Below, one piece after another: positions 25,653 through 37,612 of a stretch of 64,000 bases of DNA. The position numbers and the translations under genes are program-made. The number at the start of each line of letters is the position of its first letter. Positions within the stretch are counted from its first letter, which is position 1. The notes below the pieces were generated by a model. It searched no databases and had not been told where the DNA came from. It saw nothing but the letters and a program-made list of their open reading frames with translations. The stretch lies in the NCBI GenBank assembly GCA_026026165.1, contig JAPEUD010000003.1, forward strand, positions 186,001-250,000, written 5' to 3'. This stretch comes from Sarea resinae. Taxonomy: Eukaryota.

Positions 25653-27369
25653 CACGGGGAGAGCAATCAATTGTCTCTTTGATCTTGTATTCTCTCTCCA
25701 CAGAAGGGGATCTAATGTTTCCGAATGTCATTGATAGATGATGATGATGATGGGGGTCGCAGAAGGTTTCGGGAGTATTTAGCTCGCTTCCAAGTGTCCC
25801 TGAGCTATCGCTCACATGCGCTTGGCATTGGGCTTTGGCGCGCCGCGTACTTTGTATACTTTGCCCCTGTCTGTTATCGAGTATTCCAAAAGATGCCCGC
25901 TACGGTATATCAAGAAATAAATTGGTATCTTAGATGGACTTGCCAAAGGTCATAGCAGCTTAAGAAGCTAAAACTATTTGAACCTTGAACAGGTATAATG
26001 GAATGATGCGCAATTCGGATTATACGCAATGGGTCTACGCAAGACGCCCAGTACTCACTGCTTAGCACTTGCACGCTTGAGCAGCCCAGGGCAAGGTTCC
26101 AAGGCGACAGCCATTGATTAAGGAGGATCGAAGACAGATCCCATTGCTCGATCTATTACTATCTGATTTGATCAAGGCCTATCTAAATGGGCATCATTCG
26201 AGAATCGGGTGCGAGAGTCTCTTCAGGTCAAGAACGCGACAAGATGGTTGACTTTCTTCTGCATGCATGAAATTGAGGGTTTCTGAGGACGTCAACCCAT
26301 CGAGCTGCATCAGAAAGAAGGTGATTATGGTACAACCTGCTCTGTCCCTGCTAGCTTGTATGAGATGTCGAATATCAGTGATGTAAGAGATACCTCTGTC
26401 GCCTTCGTCATCATTTCTGTCCCCTATCGTCCCTAGCAGATTCGTGATTCGGTCGAAAACAAACAAGACGCTGTCTCTTGATGCTGAGGCTGTGGCCTTG
26501 CCGATTGAGATGAAAGAGTATCCTGTTAGGGGTTCGGGATAGGGGGTAGATGCTTAATTGCCTCTGCTTTCGATCCTGTTAGATGTGCCAATCGTGAAGT
26601 ATATAGATATGCCCCTCTTGTTGACGAAATTGCTGCATTTAAGTGGCGCCTTTCCAGCAAGAAGGACATCGGGATATGAGTGCCAGGCTGGGAATGTGGA
26701 AGCTCTCTGTCGACTGCTCTTTGCCTCACTTCATCAAGTTGGCAAAGTAAGCAAACGAAGGAACTCTTACTAAGACTTGATAAAATGAGCAAGCTAGTAG
26801 CACAAAAACCTCAGCACAAAAACCTCTTAGACGTTACAGAGAAATAAACAGCAGCGACATCTACCTAGTTTGGACCAGGGCAATAGAAATCTATGAAGCA
26901 GAATAAGTACGCAAGGTAAGAGAAGGTAAGATAAAATTGATTAGAACGTCACAGACACTAAGTCTCTGACAGCCGCAGGTAGCAAAGCGTATTCGGAAAG
27001 CGCTTCATCATTATCATTCTCAGTAATCAGTCCAATTGTATTTTTCAAGCGCCGTTAGGATGCTCAGGGGGTAATTATTCGCCGTGCCAAAGTTTGAATA
27101 TTGCATAAACAGTACATCACCACTCGCCAGATATGAAGTACTATACAACACGCGTGATGTTGCTCTATTGCGATACATACAATCGATATGCAAGATATAA
27201 AGGGTAATCATCCATACTGAACAGACAAAGATGAGTACTGACCTGTGCTGGTCTCAAAACGCTTGATGTGAGAGTAAGAGGAGAGAAACGAGACCAAAAA
27301 AGCATCACGTACAGAAATGCAAGTGTAGACCACCAAGAATGGAAGTTACTGATGTCGTGTTCTCGTTCG

Positions 27370-28888
27370 TTAATTGATCTCGGGTTTCTTGGCCCATACT
27401 CGTCGCCTGCAAACATGAACAACGATCAGAGTCTCCACCGGCCAGGATAGGAGAGTATGATCACTTACGACATCTGATACCCATGGTAGTTGGGATTCAT
27501 TAAATCAGCTCTGACTTTCCCAACGTAAACCTTGACTTCATCCGGGGACCACGGTTCGGGAGCGCCGTATCTTGTCAGCAGCCACATGGCCCATCCTTCA
27601 AGCCCGTTTAGCCACTGTTCGCGATCAACCTTCCCGACATCTTTCAGAATTGGGTCCTTAGCCCAAGGCCCAATGGGAAATTTCTGGACCTGCTCGTGGA
27701 TATCGATAAACCCAGCTTTTTCGATGCCGGATTTTAACGTCTTCCACGTGTCGAGCGGACGCCCAGCACGTTCAGCACAGCCGAGGAAGTTGGGACCCCA
27801 TTGGGAGAGAAGGGCATCCTTCGGCATTGAACCATCATCGCAGGAAACACAGATATCAACCTCAACATGCTCAATCCAGCCGCCTGGTTTGATATTCCTG
27901 CGGCACATAATATATCAATCGAATGCTCAAAGAGCAAGAAGAGCAGATACGAACTTATAACACAGGCTATAGACACTGTCCCATTCTTCTGGTGTGAAGG
28001 CGCCGCACATGCTCCGCAAATGGGCTAGGTCAAACTCATGTTGCCAGGTCCATTCTTTCGAAAAATCATCGACCTCTAATTTGCAATTCGGAGGTACCCA
28101 GACTGCAGGAGGTGGGAACAGGTCGATGCCGTAGACAACCGCTGTCTTTTACTTAGCAATAGATGTCATAAGGTTAGGCATAAAATACGCACCTGAAGGA
28201 AATGCGTCTGCGGTTTCACTGCCAAGAGTTAGTACTGCCCATGCTACGAAGAGGAGATTATCCGTACATCGCCCACGTCGCCTTGCCCGTGCTGAGGTCA
28301 ATAATATACTTGGAAAATTAGTCAGATACGGGTGGATCGGAATAGGCAATCGTGTATCTTGGGATCCTTTCCAATGGGAGAACGGAAAAGTTGATTGTCC
28401 TCGCCACTGTCTAATATCAGGTACATTTGGTGGCTACAATGAAAGGGTCAACGATGGGTATTACTCTGTTGCAGCAAGTGAGCCTTACCAAGCTTCCATA
28501 GTCTCGAATTGTTTGTCGTCGGACGGTCCCCTAACCATGTATGAGTAAGCTGTCGTCTCTGAGCATCTGTCGCTCCAACTACGCACCAGTATTCGTCTTG
28601 TCTTAGCGTTTGATATTTTCTCCCATTCTCCCACATTCCACGATATATACTAGATGTGACCGACGTTGTTTCGCTGTTTCCCCTACCGAGTTAATAATGC
28701 TTGGTAGAGATTTGTGGGGCGACAGAAACACATACGAGCGCCCATCGTCATCGAACGTCGAATCCCCATCATCGCCAACCTCAAGATCCTACCGAAGAAG
28801 AGTCAGCATTCTGTCATGAGGCTCACAATAGGCCATGTATTCAGGAACGTACCACAGCAATTTCTCCAGGGTAACCAGAATGCGACAT
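27370..28888 (-). CDS. SAM-dependent methyltransferase of the fungal LaeA-like/TAM-domain family, 10 exons; possibly an incipient pseudogene
   Basis: Exons 28888-28853, 28788-28736, 28682-28587, 28530-28489, 28433-28358, 28308-28268, 28218-28193, 28141-27955, 27897-27469, 27406-27370. Motifs TTSVTSSIY...ENGRKY, VYGIDL...WVPPNCKLEVDD, NIKPGGWIE, PIGPWAKDP, RRVWAKKP. Intron 5 starts with AT, not GT. Confidence 0.88.
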
Positions 28889-30335
28889 AACGTTGACCTC
28901 AGATTGAGTGCACCTGGCGAGGAGTATGTCAAACAGGCAAACTAGAGGTAAGCAGGTCCGAGAAACCCCGGGTTTATAAGAATTTGTGTCTGCGGGTCAT
29001 CCCGCACACATGAGTAGCCGTAGTCAGATAGCCAAAGGAGGCGATCAGCTAGTAATGGATCTCTAGACGCGGCCCCGCACGATGCGGCCCGCCCCTCTTG
29101 TCCACCGGCAGGAACGGACAGTCGTGCTTCCCTGCTCTTTCGCGTAGCCTTGACGCCACTTGATCAGGAATCGCATACATCAACAGCGGGTGCAGAGGTC
29201 GGCGGGAACAAGGGAAGGAAGTGATCAATCGTCCGAGGGACCCTACTCTAACTCGTACTACACTCGGGGTACCTCGTCGTATGAGCAGAAGGTAAATCTT
29301 TGCTTTTTCTCCCCTGCATGAATGTGTACGAATATCGCAAAGCGATCCATGGACCATGGATGTTTGCATCGGTGCTATTGCAGCTGCCATGTTCGGCATG
29401 TGCTTGCATCTGTGCCGCCGTGCCACCTTGCCACTGTGCTGTATCCTGTCTACCGTCAACGGGGATCAAAACACGAGCTTGCTGAGGTGTCTACCTAACC
29501 ATCTTTCTACCTTACGGGGTGAATTAGAAGCATCAAAGTAATGATGGGAAAGAATTTGGCAGGAAAGCAATCGATTGGGAAAAATACCAATACTGTCGTT
29601 ATTCAGACGTTCGCGAATTGCTTTGGTGGTCTCGACTCTTTATTTGTTGCTGTTCCCATCCTATCCCATTGCATCCTGATGCAGGACGCTCCACTTCCGC
29701 TCCGCTTTACCCATACCCGCTCTTAATTTAAGCCGCTCAAGCCCCATGCTGCTCGGGTATGACTGCTATTCTACAAGGGGGGTAGGCGAACACGACAGCA
29801 AAAGAGACCAGAGTCGTCAAGCCTATACTGCGCAGTATATCAACTAGCATCAACCATGGGATTCACTTCGTACATCAGGTTCGATTTCAGCAATTGATCT
29901 AGGCAGGACAAAATACGGAGTTCTCTTTGGTCTCACGCGTGGGCTTGGGACTCGGTACAGATAATGGAAAATCCACGTGACGGGCATAGCCAACGCCACC
30001 CCGGACGTCGTTGAAAAATGCAATTGCATTAAAGTAACAGCATTGAAAAAATCGACAAGGTGAAAGTATAGAAAGTTGTGGCGTGAGTGCCTGGTTTGAG
30101 GGATGATTGCTTGCTTGCTGGCACGCTCTGCTGAGCGGCGGAGGCTGAGACGGGGGTATAATTACACACATGAACGAAGATACGCAATTCTAGAAGTCCA
30201 CGCATTTTCCGAGGATGGCCGGCTGGCTGACCCCAAAGACTGAATATACGAGAGATGAATAAATATCGACGAAACACTTCTCCGCCAATTAAAAAAGAGA
30301 AAATCAGTCAGAGAGACGTTGATCCGTGTTGTTGT

Positions 30336-33300
30336 TCAGTTCCAGCCCAGGGAGTTCTCAGCCATGACAGGCGCTGAGATCTGTGCGTTCCTTGCGCTAT
30401 TGACGCCGCTTCGTCCGCTGCTACCTCGGCTGCCACGGCCATTGTTGGGAGTGGTCGACCGGCCACCCGACATTAACGCACTACCGCCCATCAGAGCATC
30501 GCTACCCATGGCCATTTGAGGGATGTCGGCTGTACTCATGATAGAGCTAGCACGCTGATGGCCTTGTCTGCGCTTCTTATATCTGCGGGCGAGATAGAAC
30601 ATTGCGGCTCCGTAGGCGGATGCGCCTGCGACCACTCCAACACCGATACCCGCGCTAGTCCCATTGACAGGCGAAGAGCTGTTTGCCCCTCCACCAAAAG
30701 CTGAGCCATCGCCCGCCGCAGAAGAAGACGCAGACGCGGAATTACCAGTCGTGGAGGTTCCGGTCTCGCCTAATGTCTGACCGGCTATGATTGGGAAGCT
30801 GGGGTTGATCATAGATAGAAGAGCGTTGGTGCTGCTATCAGGATTTTGGTACAGTTTCGACGGTGGTGTGTGAAGGTCCAAAGCCAGAGCGTTCACCATA
30901 GAAGTAGGAATATAGGCCATAGCTAAAGTCGTGACATAACCCAAATCCTTTGTCGTGTCATACGGTTGAAGTGTATGCATAACGACCGAGGTGTTGGGAA
31001 TCTGTAAGCCGAATGCGATACCTTGTGGTAGGTAGCTAAAGATCTGAGAAACAGATAAGGAATTGTCGACAACGAATGGATAGTTCAGACCATAGCCAAA
31101 GCCGACTTGAACAAGAGTAGCGTCAGATGGCGCTTGTGGGACGCCTCCAGCTGGAGCGATTACTCGGGGTAAGCTTGAGGGTATACCCGTGTCCGTCGCC
31201 GAAGGGCCAGTTGGGGAGGGACCTGTCGATGTCTGCGTTATGATGACGACAGGAACCGATTCTGAGGTCGCGCTATCGGTACCTGTGGGCTTGATCGAGT
31301 TCGCTGTAGTATGTCTGGTCTCCGTTGCAGTTGGGCTCTCCGTTGTGGCTTGGCCAGGCACTGTCTTGCTGCTTGCCAATGAAATTGCGGTTGACGATCC
31401 TGTGGCGCTGACCAATGGAGCGGGAATATCAGAACTAGCTGTAGCAGACTCCGAGGAAGCATTGCTTGTCTGACTCGCCCCAGTAATTGTTGCTGCAGTA
31501 GCAGAGGACAGGGAGACGGATGTTCCGTTCACAGTTGCCGAGCTAGCTTCAGTGCCTGACAGGGTCGATTGAGTCTCGCCAGAGAGTGCGGAAGTGGCTG
31601 TTGAAGAGATGCCGGAAGGAAGGGCTGTGGTAGCTTCTACACCAGATGAACCCGTGCCGGATCCGAATATTCCACTCATCGTACCCGTAGAGACCGGAAG
31701 GGGAACAGAAGGTGCCGTGCCAGCAAAGGAGCCAGTCGGGAGAATCCCAGCCGAGCCGGAAACCGTGGGCAGAGCGGTAATCAAAGGTAATGATGACCCA
31801 GAAAGATCGGTAGGAAGACCAGGCAGAATACTGCTGTCGCCGGTCCCAGCAGGGAAAGGGAATGTAACACCGGATGGCTCTGATATGGAAAGTTCACTGG
31901 CCGTAGACAGACCTGATGGCAGACCTGATGGCAATGAGGTTGCTATTGGCGAGGTTATAATACCAGACGGCCCGAAAATGATGCCGCCCGGGTTTATTGA
32001 AGCCGAAGGATTCGTGATGCCAGCCAACGCCGAAGATAGGTCGGTCGCAACTGGTAGTGGGGAGAACGACTCACTGGTAGGCAGTAGTGAAGGAGTAACC
32101 AATCCAGTAGACATAATCCCAGACGGACCGAAGATGATTCCGGAGGTAACATCAGGCAGGGAGACAGGAAGCGTAGGTGTCGGGACAACGAAACTTGTTG
32201 GGAGCCCTATAGTAGAGCCCACGCCAGAAATCGAAATTCCAGACGGCTGAACGAAAGTTGTGGGCAGTCCAATTGTGGACCCGATACCTGGAATTGAGAC
32301 ACCTGACGGCTCAATTATGCTTGATGGAAGGCCAATAGTAGAACCGATACCTGGAAGGGAGACGCCCGTTGGCACAACAATGCTTGTGGGAATTGCAAGC
32401 GTAGATCCGATGCCTGGAATCGAGATACCTGAAGGCTCAACGATGCTGGAGGGAAGACCAATGGTAGATCCAACGCCAGGGATAGAGACCCCTGTAGGAA
32501 GCGCAATACTCGTGGGGATGCCAAGCGTAGATCCGATGCCTGGAATCGAGATCCCTGAAGGCTCAACGATGCTCGAGGGAAGCCCGATAGTCGATCCAAT
32601 GCCAGAGATTGATATTCCCGTCGGAAGCGCAATGCTCGTAGGGATTCCAAGGGTCGATCCAATGCCCGGAATAGAGATGCCTGAAGGCTCAATGATACTG
32701 GATGGAAGCCCAATTGTAGACCCAACACCCGGGATTGAAATGCCAGAAGGTTCAACGATGCTCGACGGAAGGCCTATTGTCGATCCGATACCAGGCAATG
32801 AAACACCGGTTGGCGCAACGATGCTAGAGGGGATGCCAATCGTCGACCCAACTCCAGCGATTGAAACGCCTGTCGGAACGACAATACTGCTAGGAAGGCC
32901 GATCGTCGAGCCCACCCCAGGCAGAGAGACTCCAGTCGGCTCAACAATACTGGTAGGAAGCCCGAGTGTCGAGCCCACGCCAGGTAGCGACACACCAGAA
33001 GGTTCAAGGATGCTCGTAGGAAGACTTAAACTCGAACCGATGCCCGCAATCGATACGCCAGTCGGAGTAACAATGTTCGTAGGGAGACCAAGACTGGACC
33101 CAACGCCGCTGGGTAGCGAAAAGCCCGATGCGTCGATGACACTTGATGGGATCCCAAGAGACGAACCAATGCCGGCGATAGACACACCCGTAGGTGCTAT
33201 TATGCTCGTAGGAAGCCCCAGCGTCGATCCAACACCTGGTAAGAACCCGCTTGCTGGTTCCGTACTGGTAGAGATGGCAGAACTCGAACCGGCACTTGAT

Positions 33301-33881
33301 GCAGCTGTAGAGGATGGTTGAGCGGTACTAGATGTACTGGTGGAGGATGCTGCGCTCGAGCCCGTAGGGAAGATCGACGAGAAAAAACTCGAAAGAGGAT
33401 CTGAAAATGCGGGAAGAAAGCCTCCTGACGAACTTCCGGAAGAAGCAGGCGCAGGAGTTGTGCTTGATCCGGCAGCAGAACTGCTTGATCCGGACGCTGT
33501 CGGACTTGATCCAGAGAAGGTGGCGGTAGTACTTGATGCAGAATTGCTTGTGGGCGACGTTGCACTCGGCGTTGAGGCAGCCGGCAAAAATGTTGTCATG
33601 TCCCCGCTCAGACTACTGAAAAATGAATCCAGATTGGACGAGGCGGGAACAAATGGAAGGTTTGGGCTTGCAGAATCTGCGGAAGAAGTGGAAGCGGCTG
33701 TCGTAGTGTTTGTGAAAACCTGACGCTTGACGACCCGTGGCAAGTCAAATCTAGGCTGTTCAGCAGGGTGAGGTGCTGGCGCTGCTTCCGCTATCGTCAG
33801 GACTGGGCCGATGACGGAAAGCAGAGTCACCGATGCCATCCATGCTGTCGAGAGTGAAGGCATGCTGGATTTTGAATGCAA
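30336..33881 (-). CDS. MSB2: Signalling mucin Msb2 (signal peptide, Ser/Thr-rich region with tandem repeats, HMH domain, transmembrane helix, short cytoplasmic tail)
   Basis: 1181-aa ORF. HMH-like LPRVIAP...LVQVGFGYGLNYPFVV...QIFSYLPQG; TM GIGVGVVAGASAYGAAMFYLA followed by RRYKKRR; conserved C-terminus ISAPVMAENSLGWN. Confidence 0.93.
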   Translation of the reverse strand: MHSKSSMPSLSTAWMASVTLLSVIGPVLTIAEAAPAPHPAEQPRFDLPRVVKRQVFTNTTTAASTSSADSASPNLPFVPASSNLDSFFSSLSGDMTTFLPAASTPSATSPTSNSASSTTATFSGSSPTASGSSSSAAGSSTTPAPASSGSSSGGFLPAFSDPLSSFFSSIFPTGSSAASSTSTSSTAQPSSTAASSAGSSSAISTSTEPASGFLPGVGSTLGLPTSIIAPTGVSIAGIGSSLGIPSSVIDASGFSLPSGVGSSLGLPTNIVTPTGVSIAGIGSSLSLPTSILEPSGVSLPGVGSTLGLPTSIVEPTGVSLPGVGSTIGLPSSIVVPTGVSIAGVGSTIGIPSSIVAPTGVSLPGIGSTIGLPSSIVEPSGISIPGVGSTIGLPSSIIEPSGISIPGIGSTLGIPTSIALPTGISISGIGSTIGLPSSIVEPSGISIPGIGSTLGIPTSIALPTGVSIPGVGSTIGLPSSIVEPSGISIPGIGSTLAIPTSIVVPTGVSLPGIGSTIGLPSSIIEPSGVSIPGIGSTIGLPTTFVQPSGISISGVGSTIGLPTSFVVPTPTLPVSLPDVTSGIIFGPSGIMSTGLVTPSLLPTSESFSPLPVATDLSSALAGITNPSASINPGGIIFGPSGIITSPIATSLPSGLPSGLSTASELSISEPSGVTFPFPAGTGDSSILPGLPTDLSGSSLPLITALPTVSGSAGILPTGSFAGTAPSVPLPVSTGTMSGIFGSGTGSSGVEATTALPSGISSTATSALSGETQSTLSGTEASSATVNGTSVSLSSATAATITGASQTSNASSESATASSDIPAPLVSATGSSTAISLASSKTVPGQATTESPTATETRHTTANSIKPTGTDSATSESVPVVIITQTSTGPSPTGPSATDTGIPSSLPRVIAPAGGVPQAPSDATLVQVGFGYGLNYPFVVDNSLSVSQIFSYLPQGIAFGLQIPNTSVVMHTLQPYDTTKDLGYVTTLAMAYIPTSMVNALALDLHTPPSKLYQNPDSSTNALLSMINPSFPIIAGQTLGETGTSTTGNSASASSSAAGDGSAFGGGANSSSPVNGTSAGIGVGVVAGASAYGAAMFYLARRYKKRRQGHQRASSIMSTADIPQMAMGSDALMGGSALMSGGRSTTPNNGRGSRGSSGRSGVNSARNAQISAPVMAENSLGWN
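32180..33250 (-). repeat. Intragenic 63-bp (21-aa) tandem repeat, about 17 copies, within MSB2
   Basis: Consensus G[VI]S[IL]PG[IV]GST[IL]G[LI]P[ST]SIVEP[ST], counted in the translation. Boundaries are approximate. Confidence 0.92.
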
Positions 33882-36800
33882 TATTGCTGGTGGAAGATGA
33901 TTGTTTGCTGGATCAAAACGCTAGATGATTCTGGTTGAAGATTCAACTGCCATGAACGGTCAGACTAATGAATATAAGACGAATCTTTCAAAGACGAACT
34001 CACTGTCAGGAGTATGTTTTAACGAATGTACTTGACGAATCCGAAAGAAGGGATAGTCTCTAGAAAGACCCATGTCAGCTACAGCGATCGCATAAGGGTA
34101 TGATTTGCGAATGCTTGAGAGATACTGAGTGCCTTTCAAGTCACTGTGGACGGGCGAATGTCCGCGAAACACATCTCACGAGTAACAGAGGAAAATAAGG
34201 TGTTGGACGCACCTTTGGTATAAGGACAACTATGACGGGATATGTTCAAACGAGTGTGGTGTAGCAGCAAGATACGCGTGCCACAGAAGCTCAATCAATA
34301 TAGAAGCAGCGATATGTGGATGCCCGTCAACTTCCCAGCGTTGACTCCTTGCACTTCACTTCGATTCCGTTGCTTCTAATGTTGACGTGATCGCGTCGCA
34401 AGTCGAGCAATCGAGAGGTTCGAGGGATTCGTTCGGAATCCCGTCTCTTTGTCTTGCTGGACGTCACACAGACGAGCTTTACACTGTCCCAGCAGCCTTA
34501 ATCCTTTAGTGAGACCGAAGTTCCCAGTCTCTATGCGCCCCTTCCAGAGACGATCTAAATTGTTGATCGATCCTAGCCGGATGGTATTCGCGCCGAGCTT
34601 TCGAACGAATTCGTTGCCTGAGGTTGGAAGAAGTCGAGTTGTCACAATCGCGAGGGGGTTCAATCTGAAACACAAAGGATCTCGGATCCCGAACGAACGA
34701 GGTGAAAAGAGTAATAAGAATGCACTGGACCACTTCCGAAGTCAAAATCGCACGCGAGCAAAGATGTCGAATCGAGAGGGCCAAATGAAGAAATATCGAA
34801 GTATAAACGAAGGTGGTTGATTTCCAGGAAATCGAGGGAGCTGAATGAGTGACGAGGCGCGAAAGCGACCGGATACCGAACGATTAAAGACGTGTCAAAC
34901 CGCAGGGACCAAATGGAATTGCATAGAGGTCGTACTCGTGGATCACCGTTCCATGGAAGAGAGACGGCGGCGCATTGGTTTGCGGGAAGAGTGAGATTTG
35001 GCGGAGAGAGAAGAAGAAGATGGTGAGCGAGAAGCAGAAAGAGGGCGAGGGCGAGGGTGAGGAGGGTGAGGGTACGAAGTAGCGATCCAGGAGGTGGTGG
35101 GCTCGGATGGACGCAGCTCTGAATGAGATGGGCCCTTGGGCAGGCGACAAAGGCGTAGAGGGAAACAGAGGAACGGTACAGTTAGAGCTCGCGTGTACCT
35201 GAGCGTAGGGTACCGTCCCGGTCGTCCCCCGGTCGCTGGGCTACCAGTGTGTCCCGTATTTCCTAGCTCTACGAATACCACGTTGACTACTCCGTCCTAG
35301 GGCAGGTGGTATCCTGTCTGTATCCTTGCTCTTCGCTCTCTTAGCTTACAGACGGAGGTATCGAAATTCAGGTACGGGCAATCTAGAGTAGGGGTACTAC
35401 CTTGAACAGGAATTACTACTAGCTGCACACGCTGTAGAGTACGCAGTAGAGGTACCTTTACATCGAACTTCCCTTCTCCCATGTACCATATCAATTGATC
35501 TCCCCAGAATAGTGAGTGCGTACCTTACCTACTCTACGAAGTGGCAGAGCAACAACAGCACGGACGGGCGTGCCTTGACCTCGTGTTACTATGAAGTACG
35601 GAGGCGTTGATAACAACACAAGGTACCCAGAGCACCTGCTGCCCTTAGTTCGATAATTACCTTGACGATGAGGTGCGCAGAAGCCGGCGTGTTCCCTTCA
35701 AAGTAAGAAAACTGGGCTTCTGGCCTTCCCTAAGCCCGTATATGTATGAATGACAATAGCACCGGATTCGAAGACGCGCATCGGCGCACTCATGGACATC
35801 AATACTAATTGCTTTGCAGGGAGAAAGTGTAGAGAATATCTTTATCCCTCTTGCGGCTGGATCTAGTAGTAGTGAGATGACTGAATCGCGCAACGCAAAG
35901 CGAAGAGATTGAGATTCCTGATCAAAGTCTAGGCCAAGAGGGAGGTACGCAGAAAGAAGTACAGGACCGAGGGACCAGTTGTCAGGGCTAAGGGACACCA
36001 ACGTGCTCGCAATCAGGGTCTTCCGTTAGGGACTACCCAGCCGAGCCTTCCCTGATGTGGGCACAAGTACTCCTTGATCGAGTGACTTTGAGGGTGAGAG
36101 GGAAGTTAGCCGAGAGTACAGGAGCAATGGGTGGGCCACTGCAAGAGAAACACTGAAGGCTCATCGCTGTTAGCTGGTACTGCAGGGAGAAGGTACCAGA
36201 AGGTACAAGATGGGCAGCCGAAAAGGCTGCATCGTGCTTGGCCTCCAGCTGTCAGACCATTCTCTACGCGGTATGGCTCGCTCGGAGTCATCACCCTTAA
36301 AGCGGCCTTCCAAATTTCATCAAAGGACCACTGGATTCATGCAGAGGAGGTGTGCCCAGCCCGAGGTCAACAGTGAAAATTGATGAAGCATTCCACTGCA
36401 GAATTGCAGAACTGCCATCAGATTGATCATTCTGCAATGGTACAAGAATGTCTTGAACAGAAGTATTGATGAAGCGAATCGATGAACTGGTATGTGTCGT
36501 CGAATGCGCTGGTGTGCGCGACTCGCTCAGCGACTTCTGAAACAGAGTCATTCATGCAGCCAGGCCGGCCTATGCCTTCATGTTGTGTTATTGGGCGGCT
36601 ACTGTTCTTCATGACCCAGATGGCGGGACGCGCAATATACTCGGAGTGCACCGCATGAGCTTGCCGATCCCTACGAATTCCTCCAAGAGGCATCCATGGA
36701 TCCATTCCTCTACCTTATCCGGTGGGTGGAACATTTTCAGCGCCGCTTTGACTGTTCCATCTCCGTACCATGGTACCGCTTTGCGCCATCGACAAGAAAA

Positions 36801-37612
36801 TGCCAAATTGGATTTTCCAAGAGGTTGAGCCAGTTGGCAAATCGATGGATCGTAATGGCAGCGATGCATTTGGATATCGATCGCAACTCCTATTCTGGGT
36901 TGGATGCTTTCGACTCTTCCAGACACTGGGCTCAGGGCAACAACTGTCGTCCTTGCTCCTCCATGATTGGATTCGATCTCGCCATTGATGTTTTGAGGGA
37001 GCTTAGATGATCTTCTCACTCATTCTGACAGCGCCGACCGAAAAAGGATCTTTCGCAAAGACCTGTTGAGGCTGTTGATGGGGTTATGGGATCTGATACT
37101 TGAAGCAGATTACGACCTAGGAGTGCTCGGGGAAAGATCAACAAGGAATTCTGGGGGTCATACCTATCATCGAAGAACCACCACCAATTCTACTGAGTAA
37201 CGAGGTAGGTAAGGTACCTATCTACTCATCATACGGAGCACCTCAAGGTACCTTAGGTAAGCACCTCGTGACTGGCAGTAGCGGCAGATTCCAGTATTGC
37301 CTTAGATATCGGATAATCCCGAAAGTTTGCGGAGTTGCGGTGGCGGCTTTTTCCGTAGGTAAGGTAAGGTATGGCTGAATGTATCGACCTGCCACGGGCG
37401 GTCCAAGTTGCGGTAGCGGAAGCGGTGCGCCTCCGGTCCTTCCAACGACCGGTTGCCCGGCTTTTCTGCCGTCTTTACTTTGGCTCCAACTTCACTATTT
37501 GCGAAATGCTTTTCTAAACACGAATATATATTCATTATATATATTGCGATTTGACCTCATATATATCATCTCCTAGTATCTTTTATATACTTGTCGCCAG
37601 TGTCGTCTCGGC

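Noticed and set aside
28309..28357. U12-type (AT-AC) intron or stwintron explanation for the AT donor
   Set aside because: The donor is ATACAC rather than ATATCC, the acceptor is AG, and no nested intron regenerates a GT donor.
31189..33723. Long plus-strand ORFs (up to 353 aa) with MPGIE/GSTML repeats
   Set aside because: Antisense shadows of the MSB2 Ser/Thr-rich and 63-bp repeat region. Codon composition suppresses stops on the opposite strand.
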